A DNA stretch of 27,932 nucleotides from positions 1 to 27,932 of the forward strand of contig JBGAJQ010000067.1 in assembly GCA_044224875.1 (NCBI GenBank). The letters run 5' to 3'. The position numbers and the translations under genes were made by a program. Shown piece after piece: positions 19,785-27,613 of this stretch. Source of the DNA: Gemmatimonadaceae bacterium (GTDB lineage: Bacteria; Gemmatimonadota; Gemmatimonadetes; Gemmatimonadales; Gemmatimonadaceae). The stretch's first letter is position 1. Each line of letters starts with the position of its first letter. The notes below the pieces were generated by a model. The model saw only the letters and a program-made list of their open reading frames with translations, made no database searches and was not told where the DNA came from.

Positions 19785-20795
19785 TCAACAGGTCGTGTCC
19801 CAGAGCACCATGTGCAGGGATCGGCCGTCAGTACCAACAACCTGCCCGCAGGCGTTCACGCCGCCGCCCCACATGGTGGGCGACGTGGCGGGAAGCGGGA
19901 GCAGCGTGTCGTCGAACCAGACATACGGTTGGTGCGACACTGCATCTCCAAGGTTCGCATAAACGCGCCCGGCGTCGTCGATCCCGATCACTTCCGCAAT
20001 CCAGAAGTTCGGTGGTGTGTTGAGTAGCTCCAGACCACGCTTCGACGTCCACCTACCGATGCGACTGTTTGCTGCAACGTCGAGCAAGTGGATTGCAAGA
20101 TCTCCGCGGCTGTTGATGGCTCGCGCGGTGGCGCTCATGATCCCACTTGGTAGAGGAAGCACCGAGACATCATTCGGCGTTCTCCAAAACGATGCGTATA
20201 TAAAGACCGATCCCGCTGCGGCCCCGCTGTCGTTGACGTCGAAGACCTGCGTTAGTGACCCCACCGGGTTCCTCAGCTCCTCGAATCCGGTGTCCTCGCG
20301 CCAGCGAAATGCCCGGGTGCGTGAACCGGAGATTGACAACTGTCCGACCAGATATCCCGTCTCCGAGACGGCGTATCCCCAGCCAGAGGGAACCTCGCGC
20401 ACGATGGAAGCGGGCTCCGTGCTCCACAACATTCCCGTCGACGTCCCGCCTACCCGCGCCGAGAGGCTGACTCCCGTCGCCAACCCCCTCGAGTTCACGC
20501 GGTTGACCTGCGCGCTGTAAAAGCCGCTCGGCTTTGGCAATAGCACGTACGTCCCGTCGTGTCGTCGCACAAATGCGGTTGCACCACTTGGATCACTCGT
20601 AAGGCCTCCTATCAGTCCGTTCCGCGCGATGGCTTTCGGAGCGCCACCATACGGCGGCGGCCCCACACCGAGGTCTACCAGCGACCATGCGCTCTGGAGT
20701 GCCGCGTCCGACGTCACCTGCATCACCCTCGGTTCGACAGGGTCTCGGCACGCGACTGCCAAGAAAGAGATAAGAAGGATTCGGGTGTGTCGCAT
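19785..20795 (-). CDS. Lipoprotein with HAF-like extracellular beta-propeller repeats
   Basis: MRHTRILLISFLAVAC lipobox; repeats such as VNSRGLATG, VSETGYLVG, RAFRW, VNDSGAAAG, AINSRGD, VNACGQVVG. Confidence 0.8.
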   Translation of the reverse strand: MRHTRILLISFLAVACRDPVEPRVMQVTSDAALQSAWSLVDLGVGPPPYGGAPKAIARNGLIGGLTSDPSGATAFVRRHDGTYVLLPKPSGFYSAQVNRVNSRGLATGVSLSARVGGTSTGMLWSTEPASIVREVPSGWGYAVSETGYLVGQLSISGSRTRAFRWREDTGFEELRNPVGSLTQVFDVNDSGAAAGSVFIYASFWRTPNDVSVLPLPSGIMSATARAINSRGDLAIHLLDVAANSRIGRWTSKRGLELLNTPPNFWIAEVIGIDDAGRVYANLGDAVSHQPYVWFDDTLLPLPATSPTMWGGGVNACGQVVGTDGRSLHMVLWDTTC

Positions 20796-21089
20796 GTAGT
20801 GGTGTGCCTTGGAAGCAGTGTCGTGAGGCAAACGGTGAGCCGATCGGCTCCTTGGTCGCACAACGCCGAAATACGCTACCGTGCAATGCAGACCAGCTCA
20901 AGCCTTCCGGCCTCGCGCCGTTTGGTCCGCGCGGTCATTGCATCGGGTCCCAGGCGCTACGTACGCGCGCAGGGGTCGCACCCTTCGAGAGGAGCCCACC
21001 CGTTGCAGCCAGCGAGATCGATGCGGCGACAGGGTCGGGCATGTATTGTTTTGGGAAGTCGACCAGCCCGTCCCACTCTCGCGCCGCCC

Positions 21090-22073
21090 ATGAACCCGAT
21101 CCACCTGCTCACCAACGAACTCGTCGGCTTCTTCGGATTTGGCGCGTGGGTCAAGATGATCGGCAGCGGGGACTACAGCGCGCTCCGCACCTACGACGGA
21201 TTCACCGGGGCGATTGGCCCACTGCTGCCGTTGCTGCTGGTCTTCGAGATCATTCGCGCCCTGGTTCACAAGAACTTCAAGGCGCGCGAGTACAAGGTCA
21301 TCTTCATGACCTACGTAGCGAACCGGGTGCTCGGCTCGTTCATCTCCATCGCCGCCGTCGCGTTCTGTATCGGCGTGTTTGAGCCGTATGCCATCTTCAA
21401 GAGCAGCATCACCTGGTACTGGCTGCTGTACGGGTATGTGGTGTGGGAGTTTGGCCACTTCATCTACCACTACCTGGCCCACAAGGTGCGGCTGCTCTGG
21501 TGCCTGCACTCCACGCACCACTCGGCGGAGAGCATGAACCTGTTCGTGAGCCACGCGCACTTCTTCCTGGAGGCGCCGTATGCAGACGTCATCCGCACCA
21601 CCGTCTGCATCCTGCTGGGTGTGAGCCCGCCACTGCTCTTTGTGATCATGTTTATCGACGGGACGTGGGGCACGTTCATCCACGCCGGCGAGCACCTGTT
21701 GCGCGATGGGCGGCTGGGCGTGCTGAATCGATTCATCCTCACGCCGTCGCACCACCGTGTGCATCACTCGCGCAACCCGCTCTACATCGACACGAACTTC
21801 TGTAACCTGTTGAACGTGTGGGATCGTGTGTTCGGGACGTTACAGGATGAACGGGAGACAATCCCGCCCGAGTACGGGGTGACGCGGCCAATCAACGTGG
21901 GGAATTTCTTCGACTTCTACTTCGGGGAGCTGCGCGCGTTATGGCTGGACGTGCGGCGTGCGCCGGGGCTGGTGAACAAGGTGTCGTACCTGTTGATGCC
22001 GCCGGGGTGGAGTCATACGGGGCAGCACAAGACGGCGAGTGAGGTGAGGCGGGCTTACTTGGGGGCAGAGTAG
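21090..22073 (+). CDS. Sterol desaturase / fatty acid hydroxylase family protein
   Basis: His boxes HYLAH, HSTHHS, FIHA, TPSHHRVHH, and NF...WDRVFGT; ATG 21090. Confidence 0.92.
   Translation: MNPIHLLTNELVGFFGFGAWVKMIGSGDYSALRTYDGFTGAIGPLLPLLLVFEIIRALVHKNFKAREYKVIFMTYVANRVLGSFISIAAVAFCIGVFEPYAIFKSSITWYWLLYGYVVWEFGHFIYHYLAHKVRLLWCLHSTHHSAESMNLFVSHAHFFLEAPYADVIRTTVCILLGVSPPLLFVIMFIDGTWGTFIHAGEHLLRDGRLGVLNRFILTPSHHRVHHSRNPLYIDTNFCNLLNVWDRVFGTLQDERETIPPEYGVTRPINVGNFFDFYFGELRALWLDVRRAPGLVNKVSYLLMPPGWSHTGQHKTASEVRRAYLGAE
21704..22054 (+). repeat. Direct repeat copy 1 (3' end of the desaturase gene)
   Basis: Matches 25979-26328 with 15 substitutions and one 1-bp indel by hand alignment. Confidence 0.95.
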
Positions 22074-22273
22074 TATCGGCCGATCGGGGTTTGTTGCGTT
22101 GTACGCAGAGGGCCGGTTGCAAACGATGCGCCGGTTCGTTGCGGCTTGGCCGCCATTTGCGTTGTAGCGACGCCACTCATCTCCACGTACGATGCAGGCC
22201 AAGCGGGCGACGGAGCTGCGTATGGTGAGCGGGGACGCAGCTCTATCTGGATGAGCGCTGTCTGGATACTGCA

Positions 22274-22368
22274 GCCGAATGCAGTAGTATCAATATCGTT
22301 CAGCAGGTGTAGCCGCGGGGTTCGCAACATGGCGATGCTGCGGCTTGCAAGCTAAAGGCACGTTAGGC
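22274..22368 (+). other. Degenerate attC site preceding cassette 1
   Basis: Intact R' GTTAGGC at 22362-22368 and residual stem TGTAGCCGC/GCGGCTTGCA; the left R'' box is not clearly recognisable. Confidence 0.55.
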
Positions 22369-22403
22369 AGTGCCCATAGGCGTCGTATGGCTTCTTTTGA
22401 CCA

Positions 22404-23546
22404 ATGCCAACCTATTCATTCCGCCGACGTTACGAGCTCGCGGAGATTCACCCTCATGACGCATCTCCGCTTCACGTGGTGTCGAACGGGCCTCAGGTGA
22501 AGCTATCCTGGCGGCGACCATCCGTCGCAGAGCAAGGGGTCACTTCTGGCGTGCGCTCCCTTCTCGAGGTTGAGATTGAGCGCGACATTGGTGGTGGCAA
22601 GCCCGCGGCCATGCTTTCGGCACTCGCGGAGCGGCGGTGGCCCGCTGAGGAGGACGTTCCCGATGACTCCAGCTCGTGGCTTGACGGCGATCGACGTATT
22701 ACGGGGAGAATCGCTCCGTTTCGCAGTCTTCCCGCATACGCGCAACAGTTGCTGCAGGAGAAGGCGACGGAGATCAACGCAATCACAGGTCGAGTTATCG
22801 CAGCCCTGACCTGGCGCTCAGGCGCCCTCACGAAGCGCAACCCGATCCTCACGAGTGGCGTCGTCGAGGTTCGCGGTCAGGCTGCATCCTGGGCTGAAGT
22901 GCCAGACGGACTCGCGATTCTCGACGTCGCAGGACTCTCCACACCAGTCACTCTCTCGGACGAGATGATCGAGCTTTCGCGACGCGCCATGTCTTCGGGG
23001 CACAAGGAGCGAACCGGTCACGAACTCCTACGAGAGGCGCGACACCTTGTCCCAGTCTCTGAGCGTAGCGCCCTCGTCCTCGCTGTCGGCGCTGCTGAGA
23101 TTGGCTTCAAGGAGGCGGTGGCCGATCTTGTTCCGGACGCGACCTGGCTCGTTGAGGAGATTCAATCCCCACCGCTGGAAAAGATGGTGGAGCACTATCT
23201 TCCGCTGCTACCCAAACGGCAACCGCTGCCGCAGCACACGCAGATATCTTCCCGCCTCATCAATGACTTGAAGACAGGCGTCTTACTTCGCAACCGGGTT
23301 GTTCATCGTGGTGACCCGTCCCCCTCCAGGGAAAGGCTCCTCAAGACGATCACGGCCGCCGAGGATTTGCTGTGGCTGCTCGACTTCTTGCGAGGAGAGG
23401 TTTGGGCGCTTGAGTACGTGTCGAGCGAGACGCGCGCTGAACTCGGTCTGGCGCCAAGCGGCCGACCGAGTCCCGGCGTTTACATCTACGTTACGGCAGG
23501 GGCCGCGCAGTCATCACCTCTGCCGGGCGCACTGCCTAACCAGTGA
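22404..23546 (+). CDS. Cassette 1: hypothetical protein with C-terminal HEPN-like domain (RxxxxH)
   Basis: ELLREA...RSALVLAVGAAE...LLRNRVVHRG in a helical C-terminus; the stop codon lies inside the attC. Confidence 0.75.
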   Translation: MPTYSFRRRYELAEIHPHDASPLHVVSNGPQVKLSWRRPSVAEQGVTSGVRSLLEVEIERDIGGGKPAAMLSALAERRWPAEEDVPDDSSSWLDGDRRITGRIAPFRSLPAYAQQLLQEKATEINAITGRVIAALTWRSGALTKRNPILTSGVVEVRGQAASWAEVPDGLAILDVAGLSTPVTLSDEMIELSRRAMSSGHKERTGHELLREARHLVPVSERSALVLAVGAAEIGFKEAVADLVPDATWLVEEIQSPPLEKMVEHYLPLLPKRQPLPQHTQISSRLINDLKTGVLLRNRVVHRGDPSPSRERLLKTITAAEDLLWLLDFLRGEVWALEYVSSETRAELGLAPSGRPSPGVYIYVTAGAAQSSPLPGALPNQ

Positions 23547-23628
23547 TTGCAACAGACAGCCACTTTATGGAAGGCTCGCTCCGCTCGCGCGGTTGGATGT
23601 GTCTGCTGTTGAATCACGGTCGTTAGGC
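23534..23628 (+). other. attC site (95 bp, canonical)
   Basis: R'' GCCTAAC, 5 nt, L'' ATTGCAAC (extra-helical G) ... L' GTTGAAT, 7 nt, R' GTTAGGC; inner CAGACA/TGTCTG pairing. Confidence 0.92.
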
Positions 23629-23659
23629 TGCACCCTCCTAACTAGAGGATGTCTCAGCG

Positions 23660-24436
23660 GTGGAACCTGACATCGCACTGAAAGTGATTCAGAACGCTTT
23701 CGATCTCTGGTTTGCACCAGAGCTGGACCGGCGCATAGCGGCTGGTCAACTGCCGGTCGGCTTCAAAGTTTGGGCGGCCCAGGTGGTTCTTGACCCGGAC
23801 GCAGATCAGCCCCGCATCTACTTCAACGAACAACTGCGTGGCGTCATGCAGGGACGCGCGAATCGCCCCATTAAGAAGGGAGAAGTCGTACGACTGGCGG
23901 ACTTCGACGAGATAGTCGCCCTGGAGCTCTCAAGTGAAGACCCAGACGCCGGCCACCTGACGGCCATCCTCCACAACGATGCGTGGTTCCTGCATTTCGA
24001 TTTTCGGTATAATGCCGGTCGCATCGATGAATATCTCGCCCTGGCTAGGCAGTTCCTCGTAGCTGCAGGGAAGGCTCGCCAAGACGTCGCTGATAGGGTG
24101 ACAATCGAAAACCTACACGCGGCCGTCGAGCTGCTTGCGCGGTGCTTCTTGCTTCTATTCCCCGGCCGCGAAGCGGTGGAGGCCAGGATCCATTCGTTCA
24201 CCCACTCGAAGTTCAACCTCTACGGGCGAACAGGCGCAGCGCCTCCCGGCCATGTAGCGCTCTTGAACCGCCTTGCTGCTCTTCGCGTCCCTGCTCGCTA
24301 CCTTCGCGGCGCACTCGACCTTGAGGAAGGTGAACTCGACTCGCTGCTCTCCCAAGCGCACGCTATGGCGGTGGAACTTGACGCTCGAAGGCCGAGTCCG
24401 CGCCGGCCGCTAGAGCATCCGCGGCGGAAAGAATGA
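23660..24436 (+). CDS. Cassette 2: HEPN domain-containing protein with uncharacterised N-terminal domain
   Basis: AGAGGA lies upstream of the GTG start. The C-terminal YLALARQFLVAA...LHAAVELLARCFLL...HSFTHSKF...LRVPARY matches the HEPN (Rx4Y-type) pattern. Confidence 0.75.
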   Translation: MEPDIALKVIQNAFDLWFAPELDRRIAAGQLPVGFKVWAAQVVLDPDADQPRIYFNEQLRGVMQGRANRPIKKGEVVRLADFDEIVALELSSEDPDAGHLTAILHNDAWFLHFDFRYNAGRIDEYLALARQFLVAAGKARQDVADRVTIENLHAAVELLARCFLLLFPGREAVEARIHSFTHSKFNLYGRTGAAPPGHVALLNRLAALRVPARYLRGALDLEEGELDSLLSQAHAMAVELDARRPSPRRPLEHPRRKE

Positions 24437-24459
24437 TGGTTGATCTGCGGTTCTGTGCA

Positions 24460-24559
24460 GCCTAACAGTGCTTGCCGCCGTCAAGCACGTTGTTGATGAC
24501 GGCGGCCGCGCCGCCGCATTTCATAGAGTGTCTTTCCGGCAGAAGCATGGCCGTTGGAC
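24460..24559 (+). other. attC site (100 bp)
   Basis: R'' GCCTAAC, L'' CTTGCCGC ... L' GCAGAAG, 7 nt, R' GTTGGAC. Confidence 0.8.
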
Positions 24560-24591
24560 TGCACTCGACTGACTGGCGGACGACGCTGACG

Positions 24592-24610
24592 GTGATTACT
24601 ACGCAATCAC
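24592..24610 (+). promoter_or_regulatory. Putative antitoxin operator palindrome
   Basis: GTGATT-N7-AATCAC immediately upstream of the RBS (GGAG) of the cassette mazE. Confidence 0.5.
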
Positions 24611-24621
24611 GGAGACTCGCG

Positions 24622-24873
24622 ATGAAGACTCGCATCGTCCGCATCGGGAACTCACAGGGCGTTCGCCTGCCCCGCCCACTCCTCGAGCAGGCTGGGTTGG
24701 GCGAGAATGTCGTGCTCCGCGCCTCCCCGGGCCGCACTGTGATCGAGGCGGCCCGCGTGCCCCGCGCAGGATGGGCGGACGCGGCGAGGGCCATGTATGC
24801 GGCCGGCGAGGATGCTCTCTTGGATGCTGCGAGCCCGACGCGATTCGATGAGGACGAGTGGGAGTGGCGATGA
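24622..24873 (+). CDS. mazE: Cassette 3: AbrB/MazE family antitoxin
   Basis: MKTRIVRIGNSQGVRLP...PRAGW...FDEDEWEW. Confidence 0.9.
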   Translation: MKTRIVRIGNSQGVRLPRPLLEQAGLGENVVLRASPGRTVIEAARVPRAGWADAARAMYAAGEDALLDAASPTRFDEDEWEWR

Positions 24874-25192
24874 GTCCGAAGCGCGGGGACGTCGTGTTAA
24901 TCCAACTCGACCCACGCGCGGTAGTAGGATCCGGAAGACGCGGCCCTGTGTCGTCATCTCCCCCGACGAATTGAATCGTCATCTGCGCACCGTCATCGTC
25001 GCGCCCCTGACCACCGGGGGCCACGCATATCCCTGGCGCGTCGCGTGTCGGTTTCAGAAACGCGACGCGTTCATTGTCCTGGATCAGATCCGCCCGGTGG
25101 ATCGCGAGCGTCTGGTCCGCAAGCTCGGCTGCCTCGCGCACGCGGCCATGACCGCAATCCTGGCCCTACTCCACAAGCTCTTCGCGCCCTAA
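24870..25192 (+). pseudogene. mazF: Cassette 3: PemK/MazF toxin, frameshifted
   Basis: ATG 24870 overlaps the mazE stop and reads MSPKRGDVVLIQLDP. The continuation TRGSRIRKTRPCVVISPDELN...LDQIR is in another frame (one base missing at CCC 24911-24913). Confidence 0.87.
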
Positions 25193-25206
25193 CGCGCGCG
25201 CGTGCA

Positions 25207-25293
25207 GCCAAACAATGCTTGCAGCCGACGCCGCAAAGTCTATGTTGTAGGCTGCGCTCTCTGCGTCAGCGCAGCAGACATCGAACGTTCGGC
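25207..25293 (+). other. attC site (87 bp, partly degenerate)
   Basis: R'' GCCAAAC, L'' CTTGCAGC ... GCAGCAGAC ATCGAAC, R' GTTCGGC. Confidence 0.7.
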
Positions 25294-25299
25294 GACGGC

Positions 25300-25743
25300 A
25301 TGAAACCCTTCTGGCCTGAGTACGTCTACGCTAGCCCATGGCCTTGGCGCCTGATATTCTGGGGCTTGCCTCTAGGATGCTCACTGGCTGTGGGGATCGG
25401 CAGTGGTCACACGGGCTTCCTGTCCGTATTGCCATACACGCTCTTGGGGGCGTTCATAGGCTTCATGCCTGCCGTATTCTTCATTGAGACGACGCTAAGA
25501 ACCATAGGTGACGCCAATGGCCCGTTTCGTGTCGGCGATATGGCGCGAGTTCTGGTCAAGCCGCATCGAAACCGGGTGGCCCGGGTTTGCGACGTGTGGC
25601 CCGAACAGCAGTGCGCACAGCTCGAAATCGGTCAGAAGACGCGACGATTTGGCGAAGACATTTACTCCTGGTATCAGTTGGCCCGAGAAGCCGACACCGA
25701 ACCAACTATTGCAGCCGCCGACCCGCGTGCGGACGGCGGCTGA
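25300..25743 (+). CDS. Cassette 4: hypothetical protein, two TM helices plus small SH3/KOW-like beta domain
   Basis: ATG lies 6 nt after the R' box. Two hydrophobic segments are followed by PFRVGDMARVL...RVARV; the stop lies inside the next attC. Confidence 0.7.
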   Translation: MKPFWPEYVYASPWPWRLIFWGLPLGCSLAVGIGSGHTGFLSVLPYTLLGAFIGFMPAVFFIETTLRTIGDANGPFRVGDMARVLVKPHRNRVARVCDVWPEQQCAQLEIGQKTRRFGEDIYSWYQLAREADTEPTIAAADPRADGG

Positions 25744-25761
25744 ACAATTCCATCGTGAAGG
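25696..25761 (+). other. Short attC site with degenerate R' box
   Basis: R'' ACCGAAC, 5 nt, L'' ATTGCAGC, CGCCG...CGGCG stem, L' GCTGAAC; R' position reads GTGAAGG. Confidence 0.6.
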
Positions 25762-25978
25762 GCCAGGCGCTCACCTCGCCGACGCGCCGGAGGCGCAACA
25801 GCCGGCGCACCATGTCACCCGCTGGCGGAGCTCGCAGCTGCCTTCGATGCGTACTTCGCTACACCGTGAATGACCAACCGGGCGGATACATGCTGACGGC
25901 GCGCGCGTCGCTTGCGCCATGCGGAGGTCTGGGAAGGACTCGCGCGAAGAGTGACGCAATGAGGTCAGAGGCGTAGGC

Positions 25979-26350
25979 CGATGGGCGGCTGGGCGTGCTG
26001 AATCGCTTCATCCTGACGCCGTCGCACCACCGGTGCATCACTCGCGCAACCCGCTCTACATCGACACGAACTTCTGCAACTTGTTGAACGTCTGGGATCG
26101 TGTGTTCGGGACGTTACAGGATGAACGCGAGACAATTCCGCCCGAGTACGGCGTGACGCGCCCGATCAATGTGGGGAATTTCTTCGACTTCTATTTCGGG
26201 GAGCTGCGCGCGTTATGGCTGGACGTGCGGCGTGCGCCGGGGGTGGTGAACAAGGTGTCGTACCTGGTGATGCCGCCGGGGTGGAGTCATACGGGGCAGC
26301 ACAAGACGGCGAGTGATGTGAGGCGGGCGTATCTGCAGGCGGGGACGTAG
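25979..26350 (+). pseudogene. Duplicated 3' fragment of the sterol desaturase gene (direct repeat copy 2), 5'-truncated, with a frameshift
   Basis: About 95% identical to 21704-22054. There is a 1-bp deletion at HRVHH (CCGTGTGC to CCGGTGC) and a different last few codons (AYLQAGT vs AYLGAE). Confidence 0.93.
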
Positions 26351-26382
26351 GCGATGTAGCGGGGCGGATGGCCTCGCGCTTT

Positions 26383-26423
26383 GTGTCGACGTGCTTTCGG
26401 TCAAGCACCGGCCACGTCGACAC
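26383..26423. other. Intergenic hairpin
   Basis: Perfect 11-bp inverted repeat GTGTCGACGTG/CACGTCGACAC after the desaturase fragment. Confidence 0.5.
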
Positions 26424-26468
26424 TCGCGCGGGTGAACGGCCTTCGTCGCGCCTTGAAGCGCCTGTTGA

Positions 26469-26487
26469 TAGCTAATATACTTAGCTA
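26469..26487 (+). promoter_or_regulatory. Putative Phd-type antitoxin operator/promoter
   Basis: AT-rich perfect palindrome TAGCTAA-N5-TTAGCTA about 40 nt upstream of the antitoxin ATG. Confidence 0.6.
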
Positions 26488-26526
26488 ATACGGACGTCGG
26501 TCCACACTCGCTCGGTTGAGTCAACC

Positions 26527-26760
26527 ATGAAGACGGTCACCGTTCACAAGGCAAAGACGAACCTGTCGCAACTCATCGCCGAGGTCGAGGCCGGCGAGGA
26601 CATCGTCATCATGCGCGGCTCCGAGGCCGCGGTTCGACTAGTTCCTGCGAAGGCGCCGGCGCCCAAGCGCGAATTCGGCGCACTGGCGGGTAAGCTCGTC
26701 GTGTCCGCCGCGTTCTTCAAGCCACTGCCTCACGAGGAACTCGCCGCGTGGGAGCGGTAG
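26527..26760 (+). CDS. Phd/YefM family antitoxin
   Basis: MKTVTVHKAKTNLSQLIAEVEAGEDIVIMR...VRLVP...REFGALAG. Confidence 0.92.
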   Translation: MKTVTVHKAKTNLSQLIAEVEAGEDIVIMRGSEAAVRLVPAKAPAPKREFGALAGKLVVSAAFFKPLPHEELAAWER

Positions 26761-26764
26761 CGCC

Positions 26765-27151
26765 ATGCGTGTTCTTCTCGATACACATGCGCTGTTGTGG
26801 TGGTTGGCCGGTGACAGGAGCCTGTCGAAGCGCGCACGTGCCGTCATATCCGATGAAAGCAACGAGATCTTCGTGAGCGCTGCATCGGCGTGGGAAGTCT
26901 CGACCAAGCACCGGATCGGCAAGCTACCTGGGGCGGGACCGCTCGCCGTAGACTTCGCGCGAGAGGTACGTCAACAGGGCTTTTCCGAACTCCCCATCAC
27001 ACTCGATCAAGGACAGGTTGCCGGTGCACTTCCCGGAGATCATCGCGATCCCTTCGACCGAATGCTGATCGCCCAGGCTCGGGACGAGAAGATGGCGATC
27101 GTGTCGAATGAGGGCGTGTTTGACTCGTTCGGTGTCGAGCGGATTTGGTAG
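26765..27151 (+). CDS. vapC: VapC/PIN family toxin
   Basis: LLDTHALLWW, VSAASAWE, HRDPFDRMLIAQA. Confidence 0.93.
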   Translation: MRVLLDTHALLWWLAGDRSLSKRARAVISDESNEIFVSAASAWEVSTKHRIGKLPGAGPLAVDFAREVRQQGFSELPITLDQGQVAGALPGDHRDPFDRMLIAQARDEKMAIVSNEGVFDSFGVERIW

Positions 27152-27196
27152 TCTCACTGCGCCCATTCCGATGGCGACCAGCAGGAAGCACCAGGA

Positions 27197-27604
27197 CTAT
27201 GCTCGCAAGTCCTGCATCAGTTGGCGTGGCGACACGACGCGGACCGGAACACGACCGCTGCGGGCAATGAAGTGTCGACGGTTCCCGGTCACCAGCGCAT
27301 CGGCCCCACCAGCGACCGCGACTTCGACGAACTTGACATCGTCCGGATCGGGAAGGCTGAGCCTGAGGTGCGGGGCCACGACATGCTCGGCGTTGGCGCC
27401 CAGCGCCCCGAGGAGCGCACGCCGTTCGTGCGCGTCAAAGCCAAAGCGTGGCCGGCTTGTGACTTCATCGTACTCGCCCAGGATCCGCGAATCGACGAGC
27501 AAGGTTGCATCGCCGCGCAACACAAGCTGGAGCACCTCGTCTGGCGCTCCCCCGGCCGTGAGCATAGCAGAAACGACGACGTTCGTGTCGACAACGAGCC
27601 GCAC
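27197..27604 (-). CDS. Putative toxin-antitoxin toxin, PIN family
   Basis: VVDTNVVVSAML, ILGEY, PDPDDVKFVEVA, ALVTGNRRHF. Confidence 0.9.
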   Translation of the reverse strand: MRLVVDTNVVVSAMLTAGGAPDEVLQLVLRGDATLLVDSRILGEYDEVTSRPRFGFDAHERRALLGALGANAEHVVAPHLRLSLPDPDDVKFVEVAVAGGADALVTGNRRHFIARSGRVPVRVVSPRQLMQDLRA

Positions 27605-27613
27605 GGCGTCTGC

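Larger units (their letters stand above)
22274..25761 (+). mobile_element. Integron gene-cassette array without integrase in window (CALIN-like), 4 cassettes
   Basis: Co-oriented ORFs are separated by attC-like palindromes. Cassette starts are reverse complements of cassette ends: GTTAGGCAGTGC/GCACTGCCTAAC and GTTAGGCTGCAC/GTGCAGCCTAAC are perfect 12/12; cassettes 3 and 4 match 10/12 and 11/13. Confidence 0.88.

Noticed and set aside
24900..24920. Programmed frameshift in cassette mazF
   Set aside because: No slippery heptamer, and additional substitutions at conserved residues point to decay or sequencing error.
22274..25761. CRISPR array or complete integron
   Set aside because: The repeats are non-identical palindromes separated by whole genes, and no tyrosine recombinase or attI is recognisable in the window.
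21704..26350. Diversity-generating retroelement TR/VR pair
   Set aside because: Only 2 of 15 substitutions involve adenine, most are synonymous, and no reverse transcriptase is present.
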